Assembly (NCBI GenBank): GCA_964492765.1
Contig: CAZBLB010000001.1
Span: 1,736-65,735 of the forward strand
DNA from: an uncultured Candidatus Saccharibacteria bacterium
GTDB taxonomy: Bacteria > Patescibacteriota > Saccharimonadia > Saccharimonadales > Saccharimonadaceae
Reading direction: 5' to 3'
DNA: 64,000 nucleotides
A model generated the notes under the pieces. That model had not been told where the DNA came from. It saw only the letters and a program-made list of their open reading frames with translations, and made no database searches. This document shows positions 39,866 to 48,418 of this stretch, piece by piece (the stretch's first letter is position 1; each line of letters starts with the position of its first letter). The position numbers were made by a program, and so were the translations under genes.

Positions 39866-40549
39866 ATGTCAGATTATAATTTAAGTTTGAGCGTCCGCAC
39901 CGAAACCGGAAAGAAAGCCCTCGCTGTCCGCCAAGAAGGTTTTGTCCCCTCCGTTATTTACGGCGAAAAAGCCCCTGTTCTTGCTAAGTCCCCTTATAAC
40001 GAAACCGAAAAAGTCCTTCGCCTCGCTGGCTACCACTCCCCAATCGACCTAGTTCTAGACAACAAAAAAACCACCGCCCTAGTCAAGTCCGTCGCGACCG
40101 ACCCTGTCTCTCGCCGAATCATCAACGTCGAGTTCCAAGCCGTCTCCGCCAAAAAAATCGTCGAGGCCACCGCGCCTATCGTCCTCGAAGGCTTCGACTC
40201 TTCCGAAGCTAATAAAGCCCATCTCTCTCTGTCCCAAGTCCTCGAAGAAATCGAGATTAAAGCCAAACCTGCCGACCTTCCAGAAAAACTCACTCTCGAC
40301 GCTTCTAAACTAGCTACCTTAGACGACAAATTAACCGTTAAAGACCTCGTTCTTCCTGCCGGCGTCGAACTCGCCAGTAAAGAACTCGACCCAGAAACTC
40401 CAATCGCCATTCTCTTTGACGCCGCCGCTGAAGCCGCCGCTCGCGAAGAAGCCGACAAAGCCGCGGCCAGTGCCAGCGAAATTTCTGCCGCCGATGTCCC
40501 GTCCGACAACGGCACAAAACCAGAAGAAGCTCCCGCTGAAGAAAAATAG
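39866..40549 (+). CDS. rplY: 50S ribosomal protein L25 (long, Ctc-type)
   Basis: VPSVIYG, DPVSRRIINVEF, KPADLPEK; AAGGAGG RBS. Confidence 0.93.
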   Translation: MSDYNLSLSVRTETGKKALAVRQEGFVPSVIYGEKAPVLAKSPYNETEKVLRLAGYHSPIDLVLDNKKTTALVKSVATDPVSRRIINVEFQAVSAKKIVEATAPIVLEGFDSSEANKAHLSLSQVLEEIEIKAKPADLPEKLTLDASKLATLDDKLTVKDLVLPAGVELASKELDPETPIAILFDAAAEAAAREEADKAAASASEISAADVPSDNGTKPEEAPAEEK

Positions 40550-40600
40550 TCTTCTCTCGCCAACCTTTTTGCTCGGTCCAAAATATGCTACAATAAAACC

Positions 40601-42415
40601 ATGAGCAAAATCCTTATTGTTGGCAACGTTCTAAAAGACATTTACCTCCGCTTAAACGAACGCAAGGAGTCTACCGAAACCGACCGCGAAGGTACCAAAT
40701 GGCTCAACTGGGGTTTTAACGGCAGCTCCCATGAATTTTTCCGTCGCACCAGCGTCTATTCCGGCGCCGTCGTTACGCTCGAAGTGCTCAAAAAGTTCGG
40801 TCTCTCCGCCGAAATCTTCAACGACACCGCCAAAATCGACAAAGGCGGCGTCCTCGTCGACGAAGTCAAAACCGCCAACTATCGTTATATCCTCTGCGCC
40901 GGCGAGCAAATTTCCTACCTCGTCCCCTCCCTAAAAACCCCAACCGATTTTCAGCTCCAAAAATTCCCCGAAGATGTCGACTGGGTCTTCGTAGACCGCT
41001 CGGCCATCCTTTCCCCCGAAACCATCAAAAACCTCCTCGCCTGCCTAAATAGCTCTCGCGTCCGTCTCGCCGTCTATGCTCCTAAACGCATCACCCGCCT
41101 CGTCGAGCCGCTCATCGAACGCGCCGACTTTATCTTCACCGACGCCAAAATTACCGGCCTCTATCCAAGAGGAAAGGTTTGCATGCTTTCCGAAACTTCT
41201 ATCTCCCTCGACGGCGCCGAAGTCTCCTTCTCAAAACTCCAAAAAGCCGAGCTCTTCACGCACCTCACGACCTATTCTATTCTCGCCGCCACCATTCTTG
41301 GCGCCAGTCTCCGCGGAAAAACCGTCGAAGACGCCCTCCTCATGGCCAAGCTCAACATCGAAAACACCAAGCTCGACGAAACTGTCCCGTTCAAAGAGCT
41401 CGAGAAACTCGTCCGCGAAGAAAAAGGAAACGGGGTCAATCTCCGCCAAATGGCCGCCCAAATCCTCGCCCCCGGAAAGGGCATCTTGGCCGCCGACGAA
41501 TCTGGTGGCTCAATCCACAAAAAGTTCGAAGCTCTTAACATTCCTGACGATTTTTCTCATCGTCGCGACTATCGCAATCTTTTCTTCACGACCGAAGGTC
41601 TAGAAAAATACGTCAACGCCGTCATTCTCTTCGACGAAACCGCCCGCCAAGAATCCGACGACGGAAAAAACTTCGTCAATTTTCTCACTGAAAAGGGAAT
41701 TATCCCCGGCATCAAAGTCGACCTCGGACTCGCTAACCTCCCTGGCACTACCGAAAAATACACTCTCGGCCTAAATGGTCTTGCGCCACGCCTTGCCGAA
41801 TATTACGAAATGGGGCTTCGCTTCGCCAAATGGCGCGCCGCCTTCGAGCTTACCGCTACCACTCCGTCCAAAAACGCCATCGAAAAAAATGCCGACCTTC
41901 TCGCTTCCTATGCCCTTCTTTGCCAAAAGTCTCATATCGTCCCCATCGTCGAGCCAGAGCTTGTTTACGACGGCGACTATTCTATCGAGGCTTCCGCCAC
42001 CATCACCAGCGCCATTCTCACAAAACTCTTTGAAAAACTCCGCGAAAAAGAAGTCCAGATGAACGCCGTCATTCTCAAGGTCAACATGGTCATCGCCGGA
42101 AAACAATACAAGACTCCCTCCATCCCAAGCGAAGTTGGCGAATGGACTGCCAAAGTCCTTCGCGCTTGCTGTCCTAAAGATCTCGCCGGCGTCGTTTTCC
42201 TCTCTGGCGGCCAAAGCGTCACCCAAGCCACCGAAAACCTCCAAGAGGTCACCAACTGCGGTCCTTTCCCTTGGCCTGTCACGTTCTCCTTCGCTCGTGC
42301 ACTCCAAGCTCCCGCCCTCGAAGCCTGGAAGGGCGACAACAAAAACTACCCCGAAGCCAAAGCTGCCTTTCTCGACCGCCTCAAAGCCAACGCCGCCGCC
42401 CTCTATAAACACTAG
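40601..42415 (+). CDS. fusion of degenerate PfkB/ribokinase-like domain and class I fructose-bisphosphate aldolase
   Basis: C-terminal GKGILAADES, GIKVDLG, FAKWRA, VPIVEPE, LKVNMV (Schiff-base Lys), FLSGGQS, TFSFARALQ; N-terminal ILIVGNVLKDIYL. Confidence 0.9.
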   Translation: MSKILIVGNVLKDIYLRLNERKESTETDREGTKWLNWGFNGSSHEFFRRTSVYSGAVVTLEVLKKFGLSAEIFNDTAKIDKGGVLVDEVKTANYRYILCAGEQISYLVPSLKTPTDFQLQKFPEDVDWVFVDRSAILSPETIKNLLACLNSSRVRLAVYAPKRITRLVEPLIERADFIFTDAKITGLYPRGKVCMLSETSISLDGAEVSFSKLQKAELFTHLTTYSILAATILGASLRGKTVEDALLMAKLNIENTKLDETVPFKELEKLVREEKGNGVNLRQMAAQILAPGKGILAADESGGSIHKKFEALNIPDDFSHRRDYRNLFFTTEGLEKYVNAVILFDETARQESDDGKNFVNFLTEKGIIPGIKVDLGLANLPGTTEKYTLGLNGLAPRLAEYYEMGLRFAKWRAAFELTATTPSKNAIEKNADLLASYALLCQKSHIVPIVEPELVYDGDYSIEASATITSAILTKLFEKLREKEVQMNAVILKVNMVIAGKQYKTPSIPSEVGEWTAKVLRACCPKDLAGVVFLSGGQSVTQATENLQEVTNCGPFPWPVTFSFARALQAPALEAWKGDNKNYPEAKAAFLDRLKANAAALYKH

Positions 42416-42566
42416 CCCCGCCCGCGTCCGTTTTAATTCGGCACTAAACAACTAGTTACACACCAACAAGCTCCGACCCAAAGGCTGTGCCTATCTTGGC
42501 GCTCTAAACACGCCCGCAAAAAATCCCAAAACACCCCCCAGAACTTTTCCAGTTAACTCTAAAACC

Positions 42567-42863
42567 TTATTTTTTAGTTTCTTTAGCTTTTTCATCACCG
42601 AATTTATTATTTATCGCCGCCACCACTGCGTCTTTTACTGCTCCGGTCGTCGTCGTCACATCCGACTTTACTGAATCCACCGTCCCCTCTGCTTTATTTA
42701 CAATTTTCTTACCCTGTTTCGTAATCGCCTCCACCTGTTTTACGACCCTTTTTACGTCATACGACAAGTCTAATACCTTCGTCAGCACATAAATTCCCAG
42801 AATCAAAAACACAAACAGTGTCAACGAGAGAATCGAAACAATAATCCACTCTGCAATATCCAT
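42567..42863 (-). CDS. small membrane protein (YtxG/DUF948-like)
   Basis: N-terminal TM then amphipathic coiled coil; AAAGGTGG RBS. Confidence 0.7.
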   Translation of the reverse strand: MDIAEWIIVSILSLTLFVFLILGIYVLTKVLDLSYDVKRVVKQVEAITKQGKKIVNKAEGTVDSVKSDVTTTTGAVKDAVVAAINNKFGDEKAKETKK

Positions 42864-42887
42864 TTTTTACCACCTTTCTTTTTTATT

Positions 42888-43763
42888 TTAATTATTTTTT
42901 ACAAAATCACGCACTTCCCCCGCATAATCCTCGTTATCTAGCGTATATTTAAGTTGCGCAAGCGCATAATTCTTCGGGTCGCCAGTCGTCATCCAAAGCC
43001 CCGACGTCTGTTTTGCATAAACTTTACCTGTCGGCACAAGCTTTGCTATCGCATCCGCCGTCCAAAGTTCCGCATCAAGCCCTGTATAATCCGGTGAAAG
43101 ATATTTAAAAATCTCTGGCGTCAAAAGATATCGCCCATACGACGCAAGATCCGAAGCCGCCTCTTCTGGTGCCGGCTTCTCCACTAGCCCCTTAAGCACC
43201 TCTGTATTCTTATCATAGTCCACCGAAGCATACTTTTTAATCTCCTCGTGTGGCACTTCTTGCGCCGCAATAATCGCCACCGCATCCGAATGTTTTTCAA
43301 ACGCTTCAATCAGCTCTTTTACCGCCGACTTTCCATACACTACATCATCCGAATAAAGCGCCACAAACGCCTCGTCCGGCCTAATAAACTTCTTCGCAGA
43401 CGCAATTGGTGACCCGTTCCCATACGGAAGCTCTGGGTCTTGCGTAATTACTGTTATCTTCGGAAACTCCAAAACTTTTTCTACGCTCGCATACCTCTCC
43501 TGCTTTCCTTGAGAGTATAGCTGTTTCTTCGCTTTTATCGCCGCATCGTGAAAGAAACTCTCATAAATCGGCTTTCCTTCTTCCGTCGCTACAATAATAA
43601 TCTCTTTTATTCCCGCCTCAACACATTCCTCCACCACCAACTCTATCACTGGCCTATTTCCAATCGGAAGCATCGCTTTCGGTATAGTTTTTGTTATCGG
43701 CAAAAATCGGCTCGCAAACCCCGCATCTGTTATTACGGCCTTCACTGGTTTCTTGTATTTCAT
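42888..43763 (-). CDS. galU: UTP-glucose-1-phosphate uridylyltransferase-like nucleotidyltransferase
   Basis: KAVITDAGFASRFLPITKTIPKAMLPI, GNGSPI, LVEKP, GRYLLTPEIF. Confidence 0.85.
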   Translation of the reverse strand: MKYKKPVKAVITDAGFASRFLPITKTIPKAMLPIGNRPVIELVVEECVEAGIKEIIIVATEEGKPIYESFFHDAAIKAKKQLYSQGKQERYASVEKVLEFPKITVITQDPELPYGNGSPIASAKKFIRPDEAFVALYSDDVVYGKSAVKELIEAFEKHSDAVAIIAAQEVPHEEIKKYASVDYDKNTEVLKGLVEKPAPEEAASDLASYGRYLLTPEIFKYLSPDYTGLDAELWTADAIAKLVPTGKVYAKQTSGLWMTTGDPKNYALAQLKYTLDNEDYAGEVRDFVKNN

Positions 43764-43791
43764 AGGCTAATTATACCACTCCCTGCTATTT

Positions 43792-44409
43792 TTACCCCCT
43801 CTTAGTTTTCTTTGCGTTCCTCTTCCTAGTTCTCGCCGCTATTCTCGCCGACTCCACCCTCGCCTCTTTATCTTCTATCTTCTGCGCTCTATTATGCACC
43901 CCATAAATCAAGCTACACACCCCAAGCGCAAACAAATACGCCCCAAAGAATCTGATAAAGAACTCTCCGGAGTTAAAAATCACTATCCCCATCACCGCCC
44001 CGCACATTCCACAAAGCACCCAAATAAACCTATCCGTCGGGTCAACCGTCGTCCTGAACCCAGAAACAATCTCAAACAGCCCCCTCAGGAACGTATAGAT
44101 AGCAAGTATCACTAAATGCCACGTCGTATCCTGACCTAGTGTAAAGAGTAACGCCAGCGCCACCACCGCGTCCACAATCGCAATCGTCACCGAAACCGCC
44201 CACCCAGTTTTCTGATGCGCACGGTGCAAGGCATTCACGAACTCGATAATCGACAAACTTAGAAGAAACACCCCCACAAGCGCCATCAAAGAGTCAAAAC
44301 TACGTCGCATAGAAAACAGTGCAAGCCACCCAAAAAGCAACGCCACCACTCCTCTCACTACAAAAATCGCCCAGTGGCTATCTATATATTTTCGGTTTAT
44401 GTGCGACAT
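43792..44409 (-). CDS. HdeD/DUF308 family membrane protein
   Basis: WAIFVVRGVVALLFG and repeated hydrophobic hairpins; AAGGAG RBS before ATG 44409. Confidence 0.8.
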   Translation of the reverse strand: MSHINRKYIDSHWAIFVVRGVVALLFGWLALFSMRRSFDSLMALVGVFLLSLSIIEFVNALHRAHQKTGWAVSVTIAIVDAVVALALLFTLGQDTTWHLVILAIYTFLRGLFEIVSGFRTTVDPTDRFIWVLCGMCGAVMGIVIFNSGEFFIRFFGAYLFALGVCSLIYGVHNRAQKIEDKEARVESARIAARTRKRNAKKTKRG

Positions 44410-44481
44410 CTTTTCTCCTTTAGCCTTAAATGTCTTTTCTAGCACAAAAAGTGCCCTTTTCCTTATTTTACCATAACCGCT

Positions 44482-44700
44482 TTACTTCGTAAAGTCGTGC
44501 CCAAGCACCTTTATGTCGTTCTTCAAGTTTTCCAAATTATCTTCTATCTCTTCTGCCAACTTCACCGCCTCTTTATAGCGTGAGCTCGCCTCATCGAGCG
44601 AAAACTCGTCCGAATAAAACCATTTTATCTTCTCGTCAAGTTTCGAGATTTTCTCAGAAATATTTGCTCCCACCTCTTTAATTTGTTCTTTTTCTGACAT
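44482..44700 (-). CDS. xseB: exodeoxyribonuclease VII small subunit
   Basis: FSLDEASSRYKEAVKLA pattern; adjacent to xseA. Confidence 0.85.
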   Translation of the reverse strand: MSEKEQIKEVGANISEKISKLDEKIKWFYSDEFSLDEASSRYKEAVKLAEEIEDNLENLKNDIKVLGHDFTK

Positions 44701-45784
44701 CTTTTACCTCCGCAGAAATCAAATTATCAAATGTTGTAATTTTTACAACGCTACCAGGAGAGATTTTTCCAGAAACTATCGCATAACCCTGTTTTAACAC
44801 CTTCTCCGGATTCAGCGACTCCAATATTTTTTTATCCTTCGCGAGTTCCCCCTCTGCCCGCTCAATTCTCAAAATAATCTCCCTCTTTGCGTTCCCGAGC
44901 TTATTTTTGTTGCTCGACACCACCGTCGAAAGATAATTATCAAGATATTTCCCAAGCGCCACCAGGGAATCGTTCATTCTCCAAAGCTCCGCCTCTTTAT
45001 CTTTCGTCAACATTTCCGCCGCATTCGTCGGCGTCGAAGCTCTTACATCCGCCGCCAAATCCGCCAAAGATTCATCCACCTCATGTCCAATCCCCGTGAT
45101 AATCGGTATTTTCGAGGCCGCAATTTTCCTCACTAGCGGTTCGTCATTAAATACCGCCAAATCATCCGCCGACCCACCGCCCCTCACAATCGCAATTATC
45201 TCTACCTCTCCCTGCTCATTGAAAAAGTCAATCGCACGCATAATCTCGTCTGCCGCCGACGCCCCCTGCACCCCACAATTTGCCACCCAAACGTCAAGCC
45301 CACCCCACCTCGCGTTCAAAATCTTTATAAAATCCGCATAACCCGCCGCCGACACCGAAGAAATCACTCCCAGCTTCTGAAAGTCTTTCGGAATCGGCCT
45401 CTTTTTCGCCACATCAAACAATCCCTGTTTCTCAAGTTTCATCTTCAAAAGCTCAAACGACTTTTTTATACTTCCTTCGCCTATCGGTCTCACACTCGCC
45501 CCCGTAAAAGAAAACCGACCCGCGCCCGTCACTCTTGGACTTCCCGAGACCACCACCTTCATCCCGTCTCTTATTGTCGTCCGTATCTGAAAAATCGTCA
45601 TAAACACCGGCACAGTCGACTCTTTATCTTTCAAATCAAAAAACACCCACTTGCCCTTATTCACCTTAAAATTCGCCACCTCCCCCTCTATCTCAATCGT
45701 CCCGAACGCATAATCTAGCGTCTGATTTAAGACCGCCAAAAAATCGCTAACAGAAAACCTCGGTGTCTCTCTATCGCTATCCAT
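44678..45784 (-). CDS. xseA: exodeoxyribonuclease VII large subunit
   Basis: IEGEVANF, FFDLKD, VRGGGSADDL, TGIGHEVD, RASTPTNAAE. Confidence 0.97.
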   Translation of the reverse strand: MDSDRETPRFSVSDFLAVLNQTLDYAFGTIEIEGEVANFKVNKGKWVFFDLKDKESTVPVFMTIFQIRTTIRDGMKVVVSGSPRVTGAGRFSFTGASVRPIGEGSIKKSFELLKMKLEKQGLFDVAKKRPIPKDFQKLGVISSVSAAGYADFIKILNARWGGLDVWVANCGVQGASAADEIMRAIDFFNEQGEVEIIAIVRGGGSADDLAVFNDEPLVRKIAASKIPIITGIGHEVDESLADLAADVRASTPTNAAEMLTKDKEAELWRMNDSLVALGKYLDNYLSTVVSSNKNKLGNAKREIILRIERAEGELAKDKKILESLNPEKVLKQGYAIVSGKISPGSVVKITTFDNLISAEVKDVRKRTN

Positions 45785-46829
45785 TCCGTCTAATCGCCCT
45801 ATGATATAACAAAAATCCCAACGTCATCGTCTCCCCGAGCACCAACACTCTCGTAATTACCACCACAAGACTCGCCACTCCCACGTTCACCCCAAGGCTC
45901 GCCATCGCGCCCGCCATCCCGAGCTCATAAATCCCATACGGCACCACCACCCCAAGCACCGACCCAATCGCCTCGCCTATCATAATCTGTGGCAAAATCT
46001 CCGGATGCCCGAGCGAACATCCTACAATAAAATATGTCATAATTTCGCAAACACTATAAATCGCCCCCCAAATCACCGGCTTTTTCAGCGCCACCTTATT
46101 TTCCTTCGCAAACAAATAGTTTTCGTGTAGTTCCAACAAAAATCCACCCACTTTCTTCTCGTCCACCACCTTTCTTTTCTTTCCAAAAGTAAAAATCCTC
46201 ACCACAAAGTTCACAAACCTCGTTCCTCTGTCTGCAAACCAATCTATCCTCCTCTTGCTAGAAATCAACACAAAAATCGCGCCCATCAAAAGTCCCGTCC
46301 CTAGCGCCACCAAAAATGACAAAAACACCACCACTCGCCCCGCCGCCGTCAAATCCGTTGTCGCCACTACAAAAAACGTCGCAATCAGTGTTTGTATCTG
46401 GTTCACTCCCACAATAATCACCTGCCTCAAAATATACATAAAACTCGTCTGCGCCGGCGACGACCCATACGGCACTAGCCTCCAAGAAAGATATGCTGCC
46501 GCACTTATCCCCGCCGACGGAAACGCCTGCTTCGTAAAGTTCGACTCCAGCGCAATCCTCATCATCGTCCATGCACGCGGATATTTACGCTTTTTTAGAC
46601 CCTTATGTTCCAGATAGGAAAACAGCACCTTTCCGCCCGCATAAAGCATTAAGAGCTGTTCAGGTATTAAAAGTATCAAAACTAAAAGATTCGCCTCTTG
46701 TATATGCAAAAACGTCGTCTCGATGTCGCCCCAGTTCTTATAAATAACAATTGCGACCAAGATAAAAGTCAAAAACACCAAAAGTGACCGGAACGAAAAG
46801 CTTCGCTTAGTGTTTTTGCTTTTAGACAT
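45777..46829 (-). CDS. UPF0104 / lysylphosphatidylglycerol-synthase TM family (flippase-like)
   Basis: Multi-TM, PSAGISA, PYGIYELGM, VITRVL; ATG 46829 follows TGCTATAAT. Confidence 0.8.
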   Translation of the reverse strand: MSKSKNTKRSFSFRSLLVFLTFILVAIVIYKNWGDIETTFLHIQEANLLVLILLIPEQLLMLYAGGKVLFSYLEHKGLKKRKYPRAWTMMRIALESNFTKQAFPSAGISAAAYLSWRLVPYGSSPAQTSFMYILRQVIIVGVNQIQTLIATFFVVATTDLTAAGRVVVFLSFLVALGTGLLMGAIFVLISSKRRIDWFADRGTRFVNFVVRIFTFGKKRKVVDEKKVGGFLLELHENYLFAKENKVALKKPVIWGAIYSVCEIMTYFIVGCSLGHPEILPQIMIGEAIGSVLGVVVPYGIYELGMAGAMASLGVNVGVASLVVVITRVLVLGETMTLGFLLYHRAIRRNG

Positions 46830-46865
46830 AGAAAAATTATAGCACATATGCTATAATAAACACCA

Positions 46866-48086
46866 ATGAAATATCTAGCCGAACTTGGAAGGCAGACTGA
46901 GCTTTCTCTCGCTGAACTCGAGAGTCTTTTTTCTCATGTAACACCGCTAAAAACAGGGGTGCTTTCCTCCAAATCCACACATTCTTTCGGAGAATCGCTC
47001 CGCGCTCAAAATTCTGCCAAACCAAGCGTCGCTCTCGCCACTTTCGAGTCCGAAACTGTCCCCGACCTCACCCGTCTCGGCGGCACGCTCAAAATCGGCG
47101 TCGAGCTCACTCGCTCCGTCCTCGACGAGCTTCGTGCTCTACCCGAAGGCAAAATCACCCTCGGTGTCTCCGATTACCGAAAGTCCGCCTCAAAAGCCTC
47201 TGCCCGCGCCGAAGCCCTAAAGCTCAAAAAAATCCTCGCCCGCCACGGCCGTAGCGTTCGGGTCTTAGAAAACAAATCCGCCGTCCTGTCAACCGCCACT
47301 TCCCACCACAATCAACTTGCAGAAAAGAAAAATCATGTCGAAATTATGCTCACCGACGTCGGGGCTTTCCGCCTTCTCGCCGTCCAAAACATCACCCTCT
47401 ATGCCAAGCGCGACCAAGCTCGCCCCGCCCGCGACGCCAAAGTCGGCATGCTTCCTCCAAAACTCGCCCAAATCCTCCTCAATCTCTGCGGCCCTCTCCC
47501 CGAAAACGCCCGCGTCCTCGACCCCTTCTGTGGCACAGGTGTCGTCCTCCAAGAAGCCTTGCTCATGGGCTACCGTGTCATGGGCTCCGACCTCTCTGAA
47601 CGCATGGTGGACTATTCGAGGAAAAACCTCGCTTGGCTCTCCGAAAACCTCTCGACTTTCCAAAAATCCACCACCGAAAAAAGCACACCTCTCCCCGACT
47701 CTCCTGTCCTTCTCGCTGGCGACGCCACCTCTCTTTCTTGGCCTGCCGCCATTGACGCCGTCGCTACTGAAGTCTTCCTCGGCTCTCCTCTGTCCGCCCC
47801 TCCCGCCGAAATAAAACTTAAAACCGAAAAAGACACCTGTAAAACCATCATTCTCGACACTCTCAAAAACCTCGCCCCCCAACTCAAAAAAGACACTCCT
47901 CTCGTCCTCGCCGTCCCCGCTTGGCTCCGCCCTAACGGTTCCTACTCTAGATTAGAACTCCTTGACGAAATCAAATCTCTGGGTTATAATGTAAAAAGTT
48001 TCAAAAACTTGGGCGCTTCCGCCCTTCTCTATCACCGAGAGGGTCAAGTCGTCGCCCGAGATATAATAGTATTAAGGAAATCCTAA
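46866..48086 (+). CDS. Trm11/TRMT-like SAM-dependent RNA methyltransferase
   Basis: RDAKVGMLPPKLAQIL, VLDPFCGTGVVLQEA, GSDLSERM. Confidence 0.85.
   Translation: MKYLAELGRQTELSLAELESLFSHVTPLKTGVLSSKSTHSFGESLRAQNSAKPSVALATFESETVPDLTRLGGTLKIGVELTRSVLDELRALPEGKITLGVSDYRKSASKASARAEALKLKKILARHGRSVRVLENKSAVLSTATSHHNQLAEKKNHVEIMLTDVGAFRLLAVQNITLYAKRDQARPARDAKVGMLPPKLAQILLNLCGPLPENARVLDPFCGTGVVLQEALLMGYRVMGSDLSERMVDYSRKNLAWLSENLSTFQKSTTEKSTPLPDSPVLLAGDATSLSWPAAIDAVATEVFLGSPLSAPPAEIKLKTEKDTCKTIILDTLKNLAPQLKKDTPLVLAVPAWLRPNGSYSRLELLDEIKSLGYNVKSFKNLGASALLYHREGQVVARDIIVLRKS
46985..47011 (-). repeat. dispersed motif copy 5 (in Trm11-like gene)
   Basis: Reverse complement TTTTGAGCGCGGA-GCGATTC-TCCGAAA. 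Confidence 0.9.
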
Positions 48087-48087
48087 A

Positions 48088-48360
48088 ATGTCCCATGTCA
48101 AAGCAGGCGGTACCGCAAAAAACGTCCACAATAACGCTGGTCAGCGCCTCGGCGTAAAACGCTTTGGCGGTCAAAAAGTCAAAGCTGGCGAAGTTATCGT
48201 CCGCCAAACCGGGAGCACAAAGCTCGCTGGCGAAGGCACTTACATGTCCAGAAATTTCACCATCCACGCCAAAAAAGACGGCGTCGTCACCTTCGTCAAA
48301 ACCAAAAAGTCCCACTTCTCCGGCAAGAGCCTCCCTCGTGTCCGCGTTGAAGTTCGCTAG
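48088..48360 (+). CDS. rpmA: 50S ribosomal protein L27
   Basis: MSHVKAGG, GQRLGVKRFGGQKVKAG. Confidence 0.98.
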   Translation: MSHVKAGGTAKNVHNNAGQRLGVKRFGGQKVKAGEVIVRQTGSTKLAGEGTYMSRNFTIHAKKDGVVTFVKTKKSHFSGKSLPRVRVEVR

Positions 48361-48365
48361 AAACC

Positions 48366-48394
48366 AAATAAGGCGCCCGTCGCCTTATTTTTTT
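48366..48394. terminator. bidirectional terminator between rpmA and dnaE
   Basis: AAATAAGGCG-CCCGT-CGCCTTATTT followed by a T-tract. Confidence 0.85.
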
Positions 48395-48418
48395 GTCTAA
48401 AAACGCCCACCAAAACCA

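Noticed and set aside
42545-42566. GTTTTAGAG on the minus strand, resembling a Cas9 repeat start
   Set aside because: Single occurrence; no array, spacers or cas genes
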